DNA of 64,000 nt, from positions 1 to 64,000 of the IMG/VR virus record IMGVR_UViG_3300019854_000029. The stretch is one strand, 5' to 3'. A program made the translations under genes and the position numbers. Positions 45,503-54,877 of the stretch are shown here, in pieces. A model generated the notes under the pieces. The model was not told the origin of the DNA. It worked only from the letters and a program-made list of their open reading frames with translations, and did not search any database. Source of the stretch: a virus. The first letter of the stretch is position 1, and every line of letters starts with the position of its first letter.

Positions 45503-46060
45503 TCAGCCCCGTGTATTTAGGGCCTTTTGTGCATAATCAACGACGCGAGTGAATGAATCTGCACCGAGAATGCGGTCAATAGCAGCCTGATCGCGAGTCA
45601 AAATCTCCCGAACAAGCGCACTCTGAGAGGCCAGTTCCTCAATCTCCTCCAACGAACGCACCTCACCGCCCTTATTGACGGCAAGCAACGCGAGTTCAGC
45701 GGCAGCAAGCGGGAGATACTGCTTACGGTCCTTACGGCCCGCGAGCGCGCGACGCATAGAGAACGACTGGTGAGCGACCTGCGAGCGGGAAATACGGAAC
45801 TGCTTGATGTACGAGTTAGCAACCTTATCGGCATTGTCGATGAACATGCGCGGGTGCATGTCGGCAAGCTGGCGAGTGAGTTCTTCTGCTGCTTGAGCGT
45901 ACTTCTCGTCCCACCCGCAGTATTCGGTGATGAGACGCGCGTAGCGTGGGGCCTTCCCAGCGGCAGTGTCGTCAATAACGGGTGCGGGGATGAAAATGCG
46001 TTGAGTCATGATTGGTTTGTCTTTCGGTTTGGTGCCTATCAGCGGTGTTTGTACGCTCAT
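45503..46060 (-). CDS. hypothetical protein
   Basis: 185-aa ORF. The alternative start at M18 (ATG 46009) is equally possible. No motif was recognised. Confidence 0.65.
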   Translation of the reverse strand: MSVQTPLIGTKPKDKPIMTQRIFIPAPVIDDTAAGKAPRYARLITEYCGWDEKYAQAAEELTRQLADMHPRMFIDNADKVANSYIKQFRISRSQVAHQSFSMRRALAGRKDRKQYLPLAAAELALLAVNKGGEVRSLEEIEELASQSALVREILTRDQAAIDRILGADSFTRVVDYAQKALNTRG

Positions 46061-46099
46061 AATCGTACTAAAACCGCCACAAAACGCAAAATCTATTTC

Positions 46100-46765
46100 C
46101 TATTTAGGTGCTTTCTGTTTCGTCACAGTCAGAATCTCCTCTAAAGACACGGGTTTCAAGCCCCACACGTCCACGCCGACATTCACTGCCACGCCCTCAT
46201 CCCCACCGAGGAACGGTGTTTTCGCGTGAGTATGCCCATACAAGTAGACGCGCCTCCACACTCCGGCGGACTTCACTAGCGGACGCGACCACCGGAACCG
46301 GGGAAGAGGCGAGGCCATTGCTTCACCGTCGCGCACGTGACAGCGCGTCCGGTTACACGCATCAACGAATTGGAGAGGCGGATAGTGACAGACATCGACC
46401 TCCACGGGGCCGAAACCGTCAACGTCAGCGAAAAAGTTCAACATCGGCGTGAGCGTTGAAAACACCGTGCAATACAAGGCGTTCTCGCGCGCCGTGTTCG
46501 CCTCATGGTTCCCGCGTACCAAGTGCATACGCCGGTATCCCACGCGGTTCTTCAACGGGGCCAACAGTTCGACGGCATGTTCAACGCTACGAGCGCCCCC
46601 ACTGGTCACGTCACCAACAATGAACACCTCGTCGCCTTGACGGACTTTCCCCAAGAGGCCACTCATGATCGCATCGTCATGCGCCGCAATATCCTTACGG
46701 AAGCCGCGCTGTTTGGTGAGCTGCGGGCTACCCAAATGCAGGTCGCTAGTGAACCAATACGTCAC
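46100..46765 (-). CDS. calcineurin-like metallophosphoesterase
   Basis: SDLHLG, GDVTSGG, GNHE and GHTH occur in the canonical order. Confidence 0.85.
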   Translation of the reverse strand: MTYWFTSDLHLGSPQLTKQRGFRKDIAAHDDAIMSGLLGKVRQGDEVFIVGDVTSGGARSVEHAVELLAPLKNRVGYRRMHLVRGNHEANTARENALYCTVFSTLTPMLNFFADVDGFGPVEVDVCHYPPLQFVDACNRTRCHVRDGEAMASPLPRFRWSRPLVKSAGVWRRVYLYGHTHAKTPFLGGDEGVAVNVGVDVWGLKPVSLEEILTVTKQKAPK

Positions 46766-46792
46766 CGAAACTTACCTTCCACGACGCTTACG

Positions 46793-46807
46793 TTAGAAAC
46801 GTTCTAA
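46793..46807. promoter_or_regulatory. palindrome upstream of B5
   Basis: TTAGAA-acg-TTCTAA, about 75 nt upstream of ATG 46880. Confidence 0.25.
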
Positions 46808-46879
46808 ACCGATATCTAAACAATCGCAGCCAACAGGCAATAGCCTCGCTTAAAACACCGGAACGGAGAAAAACAAGCC

Positions 46880-47557
46880 ATGCTGATCTATCCCGCGAAC
46901 CTTGAAATCGCACGCTTTGAGGAAACACCACAGGTCGAGCGATACGAGTTCAGGTCGAAAACAATCCGCTCATTCAGAGTGTTTCTCCAAGCCGCCACAG
47001 CCAAGAAAGAAAACGGCATCGTCTACACACAGTTCGCCCTATACGACAAGCACGGGGAAACAGCCGCGTGGAACGTTGTCGGCCCGTGGACCGGAGCCGT
47101 GCCCATCCGCCGCGTAGCAGCAAGCCTCCTCGCCACCGTAGACGAGCACGCACCAAATCGGAAAGACTACGAGAACATTGCGCGGCGCATCCGCGTAGAA
47201 ACAACGAAAGAAGGCGGATTCCCGAGGCAAGGCCGCACCTGCGACCTGTTCGGTGAACCACTAGCCGTCAACCCGCCATACAGCCGCTACGGGTTCATTC
47301 GCATCCCCCAAGAATACGAGGAAAAGACCGACGAAAACCGGCGTAAGATCAGGGAAACCGTCAACGCCTCATGGGTTGCCCACCGTGCGGCTGTGAGCGC
47401 GACGCTCACTGCGGCTGACAGTATGTTCGAGGGAGCGTACCGAGACACGTACCTGTCTGTCCTCAGACAGTGCATGTTCGCTTACTCCTACCAGACTGGT
47501 GTTATTCCGCCCGAAATTGCCGACTCCATGCAGGAAAATAGACTGTACATGTTCTAG
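46880..47557 (+). CDS. family B paralog (B5), isolated copy
   Basis: MLIYPANLEI, IARRIRVETT, CDLFGE. Confidence 0.8.
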   Translation: MLIYPANLEIARFEETPQVERYEFRSKTIRSFRVFLQAATAKKENGIVYTQFALYDKHGETAAWNVVGPWTGAVPIRRVAASLLATVDEHAPNRKDYENIARRIRVETTKEGGFPRQGRTCDLFGEPLAVNPPYSRYGFIRIPQEYEEKTDENRRKIRETVNASWVAHRAAVSATLTAADSMFEGAYRDTYLSVLRQCMFAYSYQTGVIPPEIADSMQENRLYMF

Positions 47558-47581
47558 ACCTAGCGAGGAAGGGACAAGATC

Positions 47582-47818
47582 ATGCCGTACTACGGATTCT
47601 CAATGGAAACGCGGGGGCGTTGGGTGAAACTCCCAGACGGTACTTTCGGCGTGAAAACAGACGGGGCAGCCCAGCGCGGCATGGTCATCGAAGTGCAAGC
47701 ACGCAGTGGAAACATTCAACAGCGCCGACTCACGCAACAGGTCGGCTTTAACCTCTGGAAAACTGTTCCCGCTGACGGGCCGAACCGTTACGGTGGCATG
47801 GAGTGCTGGGACTACTGA
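47582..47818 (+). CDS. hypothetical small protein
   Basis: 78-aa ORF, 24 nt after B5, followed by a terminator. Confidence 0.55.
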   Translation: MPYYGFSMETRGRWVKLPDGTFGVKTDGAAQRGMVIEVQARSGNIQQRRLTQQVGFNLWKTVPADGPNRYGGMECWDY

Positions 47819-47835
47819 TTTAGGTGCAAAAAATG

Positions 47836-47885
47836 TTTTTCCCGGCCCTGGGTGAACCTGTCAAAGCCACCAGAGCCGGGAAAAA
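47836..47885. terminator. bidirectional terminator
   Basis: TTTTTCCCGGC (47836-47846) / GCCGGGAAAAA (47875-47885) with an inner CTGG/CCAG helix. Confidence 0.7.
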
Positions 47886-47934
47886 ACCCTCCAGAAAGCC
47901 GTTAAAACCAGTGTAATAAAGGCTTTCTCTGAAA

Positions 47935-48207
47935 CTATACGTTATCGGTGTTCTGTGCGTCTACCAGTTCTCGTATTCGCACCGTGCTCACTTTCCTGCC
48001 GGTGTCAGCTAGGGAGAGGAGCGTTAGGAACTCGGGCATTGTGGGAGCGCGGTTCCCGCTGTTGATGTTCGCTAGGCGAGTGGTGCCGATGCCGAGGGCT
48101 TGAGCGATGTCCTTGTTTGTGCAGCCGCGTTGTTCTTTGACTCGCAGTAGGGTCTCGGTCCATAAGGCTAGGCTTTTGTAGGAGTTCTGTAGTGGTGTTC
48201 GGGCCAC
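47935..48207 (-). CDS. XRE-type HTH regulator
   Basis: 90 aa; CTNKDIAQALGIGTTRLANINSG is a Cro/C1 HTH. Confidence 0.8.
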   Translation of the reverse strand: MARTPLQNSYKSLALWTETLLRVKEQRGCTNKDIAQALGIGTTRLANINSGNRAPTMPEFLTLLSLADTGRKVSTVRIRELVDAQNTDNV

Positions 48208-48211
48208 GGTT

Positions 48212-48760
48212 TCACCTCGCTTCTTCTAGGTTATGTTCCCCGTTGAGGGCAATGATCTGGTAGTAGGCCGCGAACTTACGCGGGGAAAGAACCCTCAGCC
48301 CGTCTTGGGCTTTGATAATCCAATCTCCCGCGTGTGCGATTCTCACGTGTTTGACGGCTTGCCTTGTTGTTGGGTCGTTTCCACGCGCATACACGCACAG
48401 GGTGGTCCCGATCATGTATGCGTGGTCTCTTCCGAGCCACGTGAGGATACGCCCCTTGGGGACGGGACCGACCATTGCCGCGATATACAGGTTTTCTGGG
48501 TTCTGTTTTGACGACACGAGAACAGCCGCTACGGGCGTTGGCCTAGTCTCAGGCGGGCTGACGACTTTCATGCCGTCATTGAAAGGTAGGTAACAGTACG
48601 TGGGGGGAATGAGGTTTTCCCGTTCCGTGCGTTGCCTGTTTCGCCTAGCAAGTTCTTGCCGCTGTTGTTCTTTCCGGTTGATGCACATTGCGCGCCGCTC
48701 GCAGGCGGGTAGCGTGGCTGCGCTACGAGCGGCGGCAATGATCTCGCTTGCGGTAGGCAT
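48212..48760 (-). CDS. hypothetical protein
   Basis: 182-aa ORF. Its start overlaps the ssb stop region by 1 nt. Confidence 0.65.
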   Translation of the reverse strand: MPTASEIIAAARSAATLPACERRAMCINRKEQQRQELARRNRQRTERENLIPPTYCYLPFNDGMKVVSPPETRPTPVAAVLVSSKQNPENLYIAAMVGPVPKGRILTWLGRDHAYMIGTTLCVYARGNDPTTRQAVKHVRIAHAGDWIIKAQDGLRVLSPRKFAAYYQIIALNGEHNLEEAR

Positions 48761-49197
48761 TAGAACGGGGGCTGGGGGTTGTATTCGTCCGAGTAGTCTA
48801 CGGAAGCCGGGGGAGCGTCATACTGGCGCGGAGCGCCCGTTTCCGTGGCCTTGTAGGTCTTGAACAACAGGGACGGGCCAACTTCTTCAACGCGCATTTC
48901 CGTGGAGGTTCGCTTATTGCCGTCACGGTCAGTGTAGGAAGAGGCAACGAGCGTGCCGGTCGCGATCACGCGGTCACCCTTACGGAGCGTTTCAGCGACG
49001 TTTTCAGCGGCCTTGCCCCACAAGACGCAACGCATGTACAGCGTGGACTTTTCCACCCACTCGTTGCGCTCGCGGTCATAGCTGCGCTCACTGCTCGCAA
49101 TCGTGAACGTTGCCATAGCCTTACCGTTCGTGTTGAAACGAACCTCGGGGTCAGCGGTGAGGCCACCGACGATAGTGAACGTGTTCAGAGTAGCCAT
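48760..49197 (-). CDS. ssb: single-stranded DNA-binding protein
   Basis: OB-fold signature (TIVGGLTADPEVRFNTNGKAMATFTIA ... LWGKAAENVAETLRKGDRV) and an acidic tail ending DEYNPQPPF. Confidence 0.9.
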   Translation of the reverse strand: MATLNTFTIVGGLTADPEVRFNTNGKAMATFTIASSERSYDRERNEWVEKSTLYMRCVLWGKAAENVAETLRKGDRVIATGTLVASSYTDRDGNKRTSTEMRVEEVGPSLLFKTYKATETGAPRQYDAPPASVDYSDEYNPQPPF

Positions 49198-49257
49198 AGT
49201 TGGCCTGCTTTCTGTTGGTTGTTTTGGTGGTTTGTTGTAGCCAAAATGAGGTGTCTG

Positions 49258-50421
49258 TCAGCGGTGTCCGCCCTCAGTCCAACGACCGTTCGCGTTGCCG
49301 TTAGACCACTGGCCGTCCTTGTAAATCTGGTTGCCGCTATTGTCATGGCAAGTGGTAGAACCGTTGGTCTTGAGGGTGCAGTTGTAACCAAGACTGGGGT
49401 CTGATTCCTCGCTGTAAGTCCAGTAGCTCTCGCCGGTAGCGCGGCCCTGAGAACCGCCAGTAGAACCGGCTGAATGCGAGGCGGAGCCGCCACCATTGCT
49501 GTATGAGCGGCCACCAGTAGAACCTGCGGAGCGAGAGTACGAGCCGCCACCGTTGCTGTAGGAAGAACCACCAGCATTGGACGAAGAAGCGGCAGCAGCA
49601 GCCTGAGCAGCCTGCTCAGCTTCCCACTGACCATGCGAGTCACGAACCTGATTCGACTTCTCACCCAAAGCGTTCACAGCATCGGTCAGCTTCTTTTCCT
49701 CATCGACGTTCCACTTGCGGTCATCGCCCACGTGCGAACGATTCTTCACAGCCTCGCGTGCTTCATCAAGGGTCTTAGCAGTGTCGTCGATGGTGGACTG
49801 TAAGCCGTCACGGGTCGCATTGTCCTTGACCTTCCCATCGGTTTCACCCATGAGATTCTTCGCGTCATTCACGGCTTGATCTGCCTTGTTAGCGGCTTCG
49901 TCGAGCTTCTTAATGGTCAGGTCATCAAGCTCGCCCGCAATAGGAGTCATAGCAGCGTTGAGCTTGTTCGTGGAGGTCTTAGCCTGATCGAGAACCTTCT
50001 TCAAGGACTCGATCTTCTCGTTACTGGCCTTCGCGTTGTTGGGAGCCTCAGTCAGAGCGGTAACAGTCGCGTCCGAATCAGCGTAAATAGCCTTGAGAGC
50101 AGTCACGTTCTCGGAAGTAAGACCGTATTCGTCGGCCAGAGCGATAGAGGACTGTGCGGACGTGCGGGCAGTACCGAACGCGGTCTCGGCTTCAACGAGT
50201 TCAGCCTGAACCTTCTCAACGCCGGAGACTACGTGACGGTTATTGACGTAGGCGTAAGAGCCGCCAGCGATACCTGCGATAACAACGGATGCTGCGGCAA
50301 CGAGCGCTACGAGCGCCTTTGCGTTGGGCTTGGGGGGATTGGTTTCCTCAGCGGCGGTGTTAACGGTTTCAGTGTTCATGGGAAGTGTTTCTTTCTGTGT
50401 GACAGGTTTGCTTGATGACAC
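49258..50421 (-). CDS. membrane-anchored coiled-coil protein with Gly/Ser-rich repeats
   Basis: One TM helix (ALVALVAAASVVIAGIAGG), a long alpha-helical Ala/Lys/Glu/Asp region, then GGSSYSNGGGSYSRSAGSTGGRSYSNGGGSASHSAGSTGG encoded by a ~57-nt tandem duplication near 49440-49560. The start is either GTG 50421 or ATG 50379. Confidence 0.75.
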   Translation of the reverse strand: MSSSKPVTQKETLPMNTETVNTAAEETNPPKPNAKALVALVAAASVVIAGIAGGSYAYVNNRHVVSGVEKVQAELVEAETAFGTARTSAQSSIALADEYGLTSENVTALKAIYADSDATVTALTEAPNNAKASNEKIESLKKVLDQAKTSTNKLNAAMTPIAGELDDLTIKKLDEAANKADQAVNDAKNLMGETDGKVKDNATRDGLQSTIDDTAKTLDEAREAVKNRSHVGDDRKWNVDEEKKLTDAVNALGEKSNQVRDSHGQWEAEQAAQAAAAASSSNAGGSSYSNGGGSYSRSAGSTGGRSYSNGGGSASHSAGSTGGSQGRATGESYWTYSEESDPSLGYNCTLKTNGSTTCHDNSGNQIYKDGQWSNGNANGRWTEGGHR

Positions 50422-50432
50422 CCACTGTAATA

Positions 50433-50445
50433 CCTATTTAGGTAC
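50433..50445 (+). promoter_or_regulatory. Recurring upstream element, core copy
   Basis: CCTATTTAGGTAC, 146 nt upstream of ATG 50591. It forms a 10-bp inverted pair with 50497-50506. Confidence 0.4.
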
Positions 50446-50496
50446 ATTGCAAGTCTGTTTTCGTAGTGTTCGCCACACAAACACGCGAAATGATTT

Positions 50497-50506
50497 CCTA
50501 AATAGG
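50497..50506 (-). promoter_or_regulatory. inverted partner of the core element
   Basis: CCTAAATAGG is the reverse complement of CCTATTTAGG. TATGGT follows 6 nt downstream on the plus strand. Confidence 0.3.
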
Positions 50507-50590
50507 GACTCTATGGTGTAACATATACACGTATCCAAACAACAATCCCCCTTATTCCAGACCAAAACACAAACCGAAAGGCACCCCATC

Positions 50591-51883
50591 ATGCCAAACG
50601 AACAAGTAAAAGGAACCCTCCTCGCCGTAGGCGTAACAGCCGCGTCAACAGCACTCCTTGTTGGGGGAATCATCGGCATTCACAACACTTACGAAAGCGC
50701 TACAGGCGTAGACCCCTCAACGGTGATCGACTTCCGCGCAAAGCAAGCCTCTGACGCGGCAGCAGGCGGTACCGGAGAGTTCAGCGATCACTGCCTCGTC
50801 ATGCGAGAGGGCTACATGATCGCCGTTCCATCCGCGAGCTGGACGACAGACGAGCAAGGTAACCCCGTCATGGACGCTCTGCCCCAAACCCTAAACTGGC
50901 AGTGGGTTAATACGACGCGCCAAAGCCCCGGTTGGAGCACGTTCCTCGACCCACTCACAGTTGGAAACACGTATCCCAAGGTTGCGACCCCTGACGGACG
51001 CACGCAAGACAATCTGAACGAATGGTTCGATGTCATTAAGAAGCACGTCCCCGGTTCGTACCCCGTGCCCGGAATGCTTCAAGTCGGCTATAAAGCAGAT
51101 TCTCGCCCCCAGCATGTTCTCGCCGCACACTGCGAATGGGATATGACTGTCTCTAGTCATGCAGACACGAACGTTGACGGCCCAACGCTTAGCGACAATG
51201 TGACTATCGGCGCAGCAGGGCAGGAGCGAGACGAAAGCGCCTCGTGGCTCGTTGTGAATGGCGAGAAAGCTCAAGTAACGGTTCATGGCCGCGCTTACCG
51301 AACGGCAGACAAGCCCGTTAAAGGCAACGACGTTCCGGCAGACGCGCAGCTCATCGGGGAAACAACCCTTGACTTCGCCGCACCCGGAACTAAGACCGCG
51401 ACCATCAACAAGCCGTCCAATCTTGACGGAGGCTACGTCACTTGGGTTTGGACTGTTGAAAAGAACAACCAGCCTGAAGAATGGGGTAAGTACCTCATTA
51501 ACGATGCTGTTTCTGACGGGTGGGCCGCTGAAAACGAGGTCGTTGAAATCCCTGAGACCCCTAAGCCCACGCCGAGCGTAACGCCTACACCTAGTGTTGT
51601 CACGCCGTCTCCTGAACCGAGCGTAACAACACCGTCCCCCAAACCGAGCGTAACAACGCCAGCCCCATCACCGAGCGAGTCCTCAACGCTGCCACCAGCA
51701 CCCGTCGAGAACAACACTCCCACCACTCCTCCGCAGTCAACTCCTGTTACTACGCCTAAGACACCCGAAACCCAAGCGAGCCTTGCGCATACAGGTTCTA
51801 TGGCCGCGCCACTCATCGAAGCAAGCGTTGTGATACTGGCAGGTGGTTTGACCATCGCGTTCAGGAAACGCAACGCAATCTGA
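50591..51883 (+). CDS. LAHTG-anchored surface protein
   Basis: N-terminal TM/signal. GYVTWVWTVEKNNQPEEWGKY is a domain shared with 55491-57854. A Pro/Thr/Ser linker contains SVT(T)PSP repeats. The C-terminal LAHTG + hydrophobic + RKRN is a sortase signal. Confidence 0.8.
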   Translation: MPNEQVKGTLLAVGVTAASTALLVGGIIGIHNTYESATGVDPSTVIDFRAKQASDAAAGGTGEFSDHCLVMREGYMIAVPSASWTTDEQGNPVMDALPQTLNWQWVNTTRQSPGWSTFLDPLTVGNTYPKVATPDGRTQDNLNEWFDVIKKHVPGSYPVPGMLQVGYKADSRPQHVLAAHCEWDMTVSSHADTNVDGPTLSDNVTIGAAGQERDESASWLVVNGEKAQVTVHGRAYRTADKPVKGNDVPADAQLIGETTLDFAAPGTKTATINKPSNLDGGYVTWVWTVEKNNQPEEWGKYLINDAVSDGWAAENEVVEIPETPKPTPSVTPTPSVVTPSPEPSVTTPSPKPSVTTPAPSPSESSTLPPAPVENNTPTTPPQSTPVTTPKTPETQASLAHTGSMAAPLIEASVVILAGGLTIAFRKRNAI

Positions 51884-51973
51884 ATATCCCGCCCATCGCA
51901 CGGAGCGCGGCGGCTCGTAACACTGTTTTTGTGGTGCGAGCCGTCGCCTTCCCCTAAAGGACTTAAGAAGAAA

Positions 51974-52912
51974 ATGATTCGTTCACCGTTTAAGCGAGCC
52001 TCACAAGCCGTCGATAACATCGACTATTCAACCGATGAGGGCAAAGACAAGGGCGCGCGCGTAGCCGTCATTCTCACACCTATCGCTATCGTGCTCACTG
52101 TCCTAGCGATAGTGGGGATTTGGCTGTTCGCGTCGGGGCGTTTCAACCCTGAGAAAGACGCTTTCCAAGAGGCCCAGAAGCAGCTTCAAGAAAACACTGA
52201 ACGGTCAGAAAAAGGCGTAGCAAACGCGGGAGTGGCCCGGCCCGTTAACACTGGCACAACGAACTGGACACTGTTCCCCGCTCTGCCCAGTGGCGCGTCG
52301 TGGGATACGTCTAACGTCGCGTATGACGACGGGTGCTTGAACCTCACCCAGCCCATTAAGAGCGATCTAGCGTCCGCATATAAGACCCTCGACGGCGCGG
52401 AAATGTACGCCGTCGCCTACAGCAAAGACCTCAACACCACTCCGGGCGGCTGCACAACCTCGACGCTAGAGGCTGGCTACTACTTCCTCTCAGACGGCGC
52501 ATCAAGCGTCTTGTACGTCGCTCATGTTGGTGACGCTAAGCGCGTGGACGCGGATAACGCGATCAACATGCAAACAGCGAACGGCTCATATGCGATCTGG
52601 GAACAGTTGTTCCGCAAGAGCGACGACGCGGGAAACCCCGTTGTCCGTAATCTCCCCGACGGATGGGATAGCGCGGCTCTCGTCGTCGGCTGGCATGATA
52701 CTCCCAGTAAGCAAGCCGCAACAATGTTCTCGGTTGCGCCATCGACGCTGTACGTCGCGTCCTATTCCACTCCGGTAGACGGTGGGACGGCGTTTGCTGC
52801 CGCGTGGCAGAGCGTGTCCACCTCACCAGCCCCGAAGGTTGTCCTGTTGAAGAACAGCCAGTCGGAAGGGCTTTTAACGGGTTCTCCCATGTGGTTTGTG
52901 AGTGTTGACTAG
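51974..52912 (+). CDS. membrane-anchored extracytoplasmic protein
   Basis: ATG 51974 lies inside track ORF 51929-52912. TM helix VAVILTPIAIVLTVLAIVGIWLF. Confidence 0.7.
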   Translation: MIRSPFKRASQAVDNIDYSTDEGKDKGARVAVILTPIAIVLTVLAIVGIWLFASGRFNPEKDAFQEAQKQLQENTERSEKGVANAGVARPVNTGTTNWTLFPALPSGASWDTSNVAYDDGCLNLTQPIKSDLASAYKTLDGAEMYAVAYSKDLNTTPGGCTTSTLEAGYYFLSDGASSVLYVAHVGDAKRVDADNAINMQTANGSYAIWEQLFRKSDDAGNPVVRNLPDGWDSAALVVGWHDTPSKQAATMFSVAPSTLYVASYSTPVDGGTAFAAAWQSVSTSPAPKVVLLKNSQSEGLLTGSPMWFVSVD

Positions 52913-52942
52913 CAACAACATGTCGGTGTTTTAAGGACCACA

Positions 52943-53536
52943 ATGAGTATTGGTATTTCTATAGGCGATCTGCAAGCAACAGCAGCTTCTATCCCGCACC
53001 AGATTCCCGCAACCCCCATGCACTTGTATAACGGGGTGACGATGCACAGTTATTGCGCGAGCGAACTAGCGCCCATTCTTCTCGCTAACAAGTACGGGGA
53101 CCCGTCGGTTAGTGACGACATGGTTCTCCAAGGTGGGGGCAGCGGTATTGCAAGCGTGAGGCTCCGTAACGGACTCGTGTCCATGCTGTGCAATCGCGGG
53201 CTGAACGTCGAAGCGGGTAGTGGCCGGTATCCGATGGTGAAGTACGGGGATTTTTATTTCACGCTCATCATCGAGTCCAGCAAGCCCATGTTCCGTCCAT
53301 ACATTGACAGCAAACTCCTGCTCCTGCGTTCGGGGAATAGTGTTTTACGTAAGCAAGTGCGCTCACTACTACGTGAGGCGGGGCGCTCAGGCGGTAAGAC
53401 ACGTTCGGACACTATGCGTCTCCTCGCGTCGATCTGTCGCGACGGGGTTCTCGCCCCACTTGAAGTCCAGTCCCTTGCTTCCCCTGAATTATGGGAACGT
53501 GCAAATATTCGCAGCGGTTTAACCGTAGACGCATAA
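52943..53536 (+). CDS. hypothetical protein
   Basis: 197-aa ORF; no motif recognised. Confidence 0.65.
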   Translation: MSIGISIGDLQATAASIPHQIPATPMHLYNGVTMHSYCASELAPILLANKYGDPSVSDDMVLQGGGSGIASVRLRNGLVSMLCNRGLNVEAGSGRYPMVKYGDFYFTLIIESSKPMFRPYIDSKLLLLRSGNSVLRKQVRSLLREAGRSGGKTRSDTMRLLASICRDGVLAPLEVQSLASPELWERANIRSGLTVDA

Positions 53537-53564
53537 GCAGCGTTGTAACGAAAGGAAAACGATC

Positions 53565-53789
53565 ATGGCATACAACCGCCCCATAGACGATTCTGGTTTT
53601 AGGAACTGGTGGGCTGAGCCTAATGTCGCGTTCGAGCAGGCAGACCCCCAGAAAGCATGGTTGTGGTACTGCCGTAACCGGCACACGTTCAAGACGACCG
53701 GCGTTGCCGCGTATGAAACGTACATGACTTACGGTTACCTGATCTGCGCTGAATGCGAAGATGGTGGCGCAGCAATCCGCCGCTACTGA
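53565..53789 (+). CDS. small Cys-containing (zinc-ribbon-like) protein
   Basis: 74 aa with CRNRH ... CAEC pairs. Confidence 0.55.
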   Translation: MAYNRPIDDSGFRNWWAEPNVAFEQADPQKAWLWYCRNRHTFKTTGVAAYETYMTYGYLICAECEDGGAAIRRY

Positions 53790-53803
53790 ACGAAGGAACC
53801 GTG

Positions 53804-54394
53804 ATGCGCGGGAGAGGATACCTGTCCAACCGGTCGATGAGTGTTAACGCGGCTATCGCTTACGAGAACGGCGAGAGGCCGATCAGTAAGTGGCGTAAAG
53901 ACGACATCTTGAACGGCTTAGGTCGTGAGCTTGTCGCCGCGTTAAACCTCGACCGGTATCCCGCTGCATTCTTGAAAGAAATGTACCTACAGCCTGTCGC
54001 TTGGCATCACACGAGCCGCCACTACAACGTGACGGACTTCTATGCGCTCAGGCAGACAGGTTCCATTCCTCAAGAACAAGCCTTACTTGCTTCCAGATAC
54101 CCAGAATGGGCGGAAGAGCAAGCTCGCATGAAGGCCGCGAAAGCGGTTAGGGAAGAGCCTGTTAAGGCCCTTGTCCGCTATCTCGTATGGCCTAAGACCG
54201 GCGGGAGTAAGAAGAAGCGCCCCTTGGTTCGTGAGGAGTACGCGATTTTGTTTCCGCCGTTCGCCTACCTTGCTTCCGGTACTCGCAAGAGGCTGGACGG
54301 TTCTCATTTCGAGGTGGTCCAGCGGTTTGAGGCTGCTCCTAGTGGGGCGGGTGAGGTTTTTGCGTTCATCGAGTCCCGACTCCCAAGAAAGTGA
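53804..54394 (+). CDS. hypothetical protein
   Basis: ATG 53804 (GAAGGA upstream) lies inside track ORF 53753-54394. Confidence 0.65.
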   Translation: MRGRGYLSNRSMSVNAAIAYENGERPISKWRKDDILNGLGRELVAALNLDRYPAAFLKEMYLQPVAWHHTSRHYNVTDFYALRQTGSIPQEQALLASRYPEWAEEQARMKAAKAVREEPVKALVRYLVWPKTGGSKKKRPLVREEYAILFPPFAYLASGTRKRLDGSHFEVVQRFEAAPSGAGEVFAFIESRLPRK

Positions 54395-54506
54395 CACACA
54401 CCATGCCATAGTGCGACTATTTGTGTACAGCATGTGTTATTGTTGCCTTGTACAAAACAGGAGCACCCACACGGGTGCGTACAACCGTAAAGGGAGGCAT
54501 AGACAA

Positions 54507-54815
54507 ATGCCCGCAACAATCAAACGCGCATGGACGCACGTCAAGAACTTCATCGAACGCCACGAACTCGCTTTCCTCACCCCATTCTTGGTCTTGTCGT
54601 TCCTCATGTACAAAGCCGAAGCAGGATACCCGGCAGACGGATACTCGTTTGGTGTCACAATCTTCTTCTTCGTAATGGTCTGCCTATACGCGGGTGCCAT
54701 CGCTGACCGCCTTGGGGTTTTCCCCGAAGAAGAAGAGGAAAAGGAAGAAGAATCGGCCAGCGACAAACCTGTTGAAAAAATCACTACACGAGGCCACTAC
54801 ACGTGGCGCGCGTAA
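54507..54815 (+). CDS. small membrane protein with acidic tail
   Basis: ATG 54507 (AAGGGAGG 9 nt upstream) lies inside track ORF 54171-54815. It has two hydrophobic helices and an EEEEEKEEE tail. Confidence 0.65.
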   Translation: MPATIKRAWTHVKNFIERHELAFLTPFLVLSFLMYKAEAGYPADGYSFGVTIFFFVMVCLYAGAIADRLGVFPEEEEEKEEESASDKPVEKITTRGHYTWRA

Positions 54816-54877
54816 ACTTACCTAAAGAAACCAAACATTAGACGCACACAGCTCTGAAACCAGAAAGAAACCCAATC

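Noticed and set aside
46099-46110. CCTATTTAGGTG as another functional copy of the upstream element
   Set aside because: It overlaps the stop codon of the phosphoesterase gene and points away from any nearby plus-strand gene. I keep it only as a possible reverse-oriented site for the minus-strand gene at 46060.
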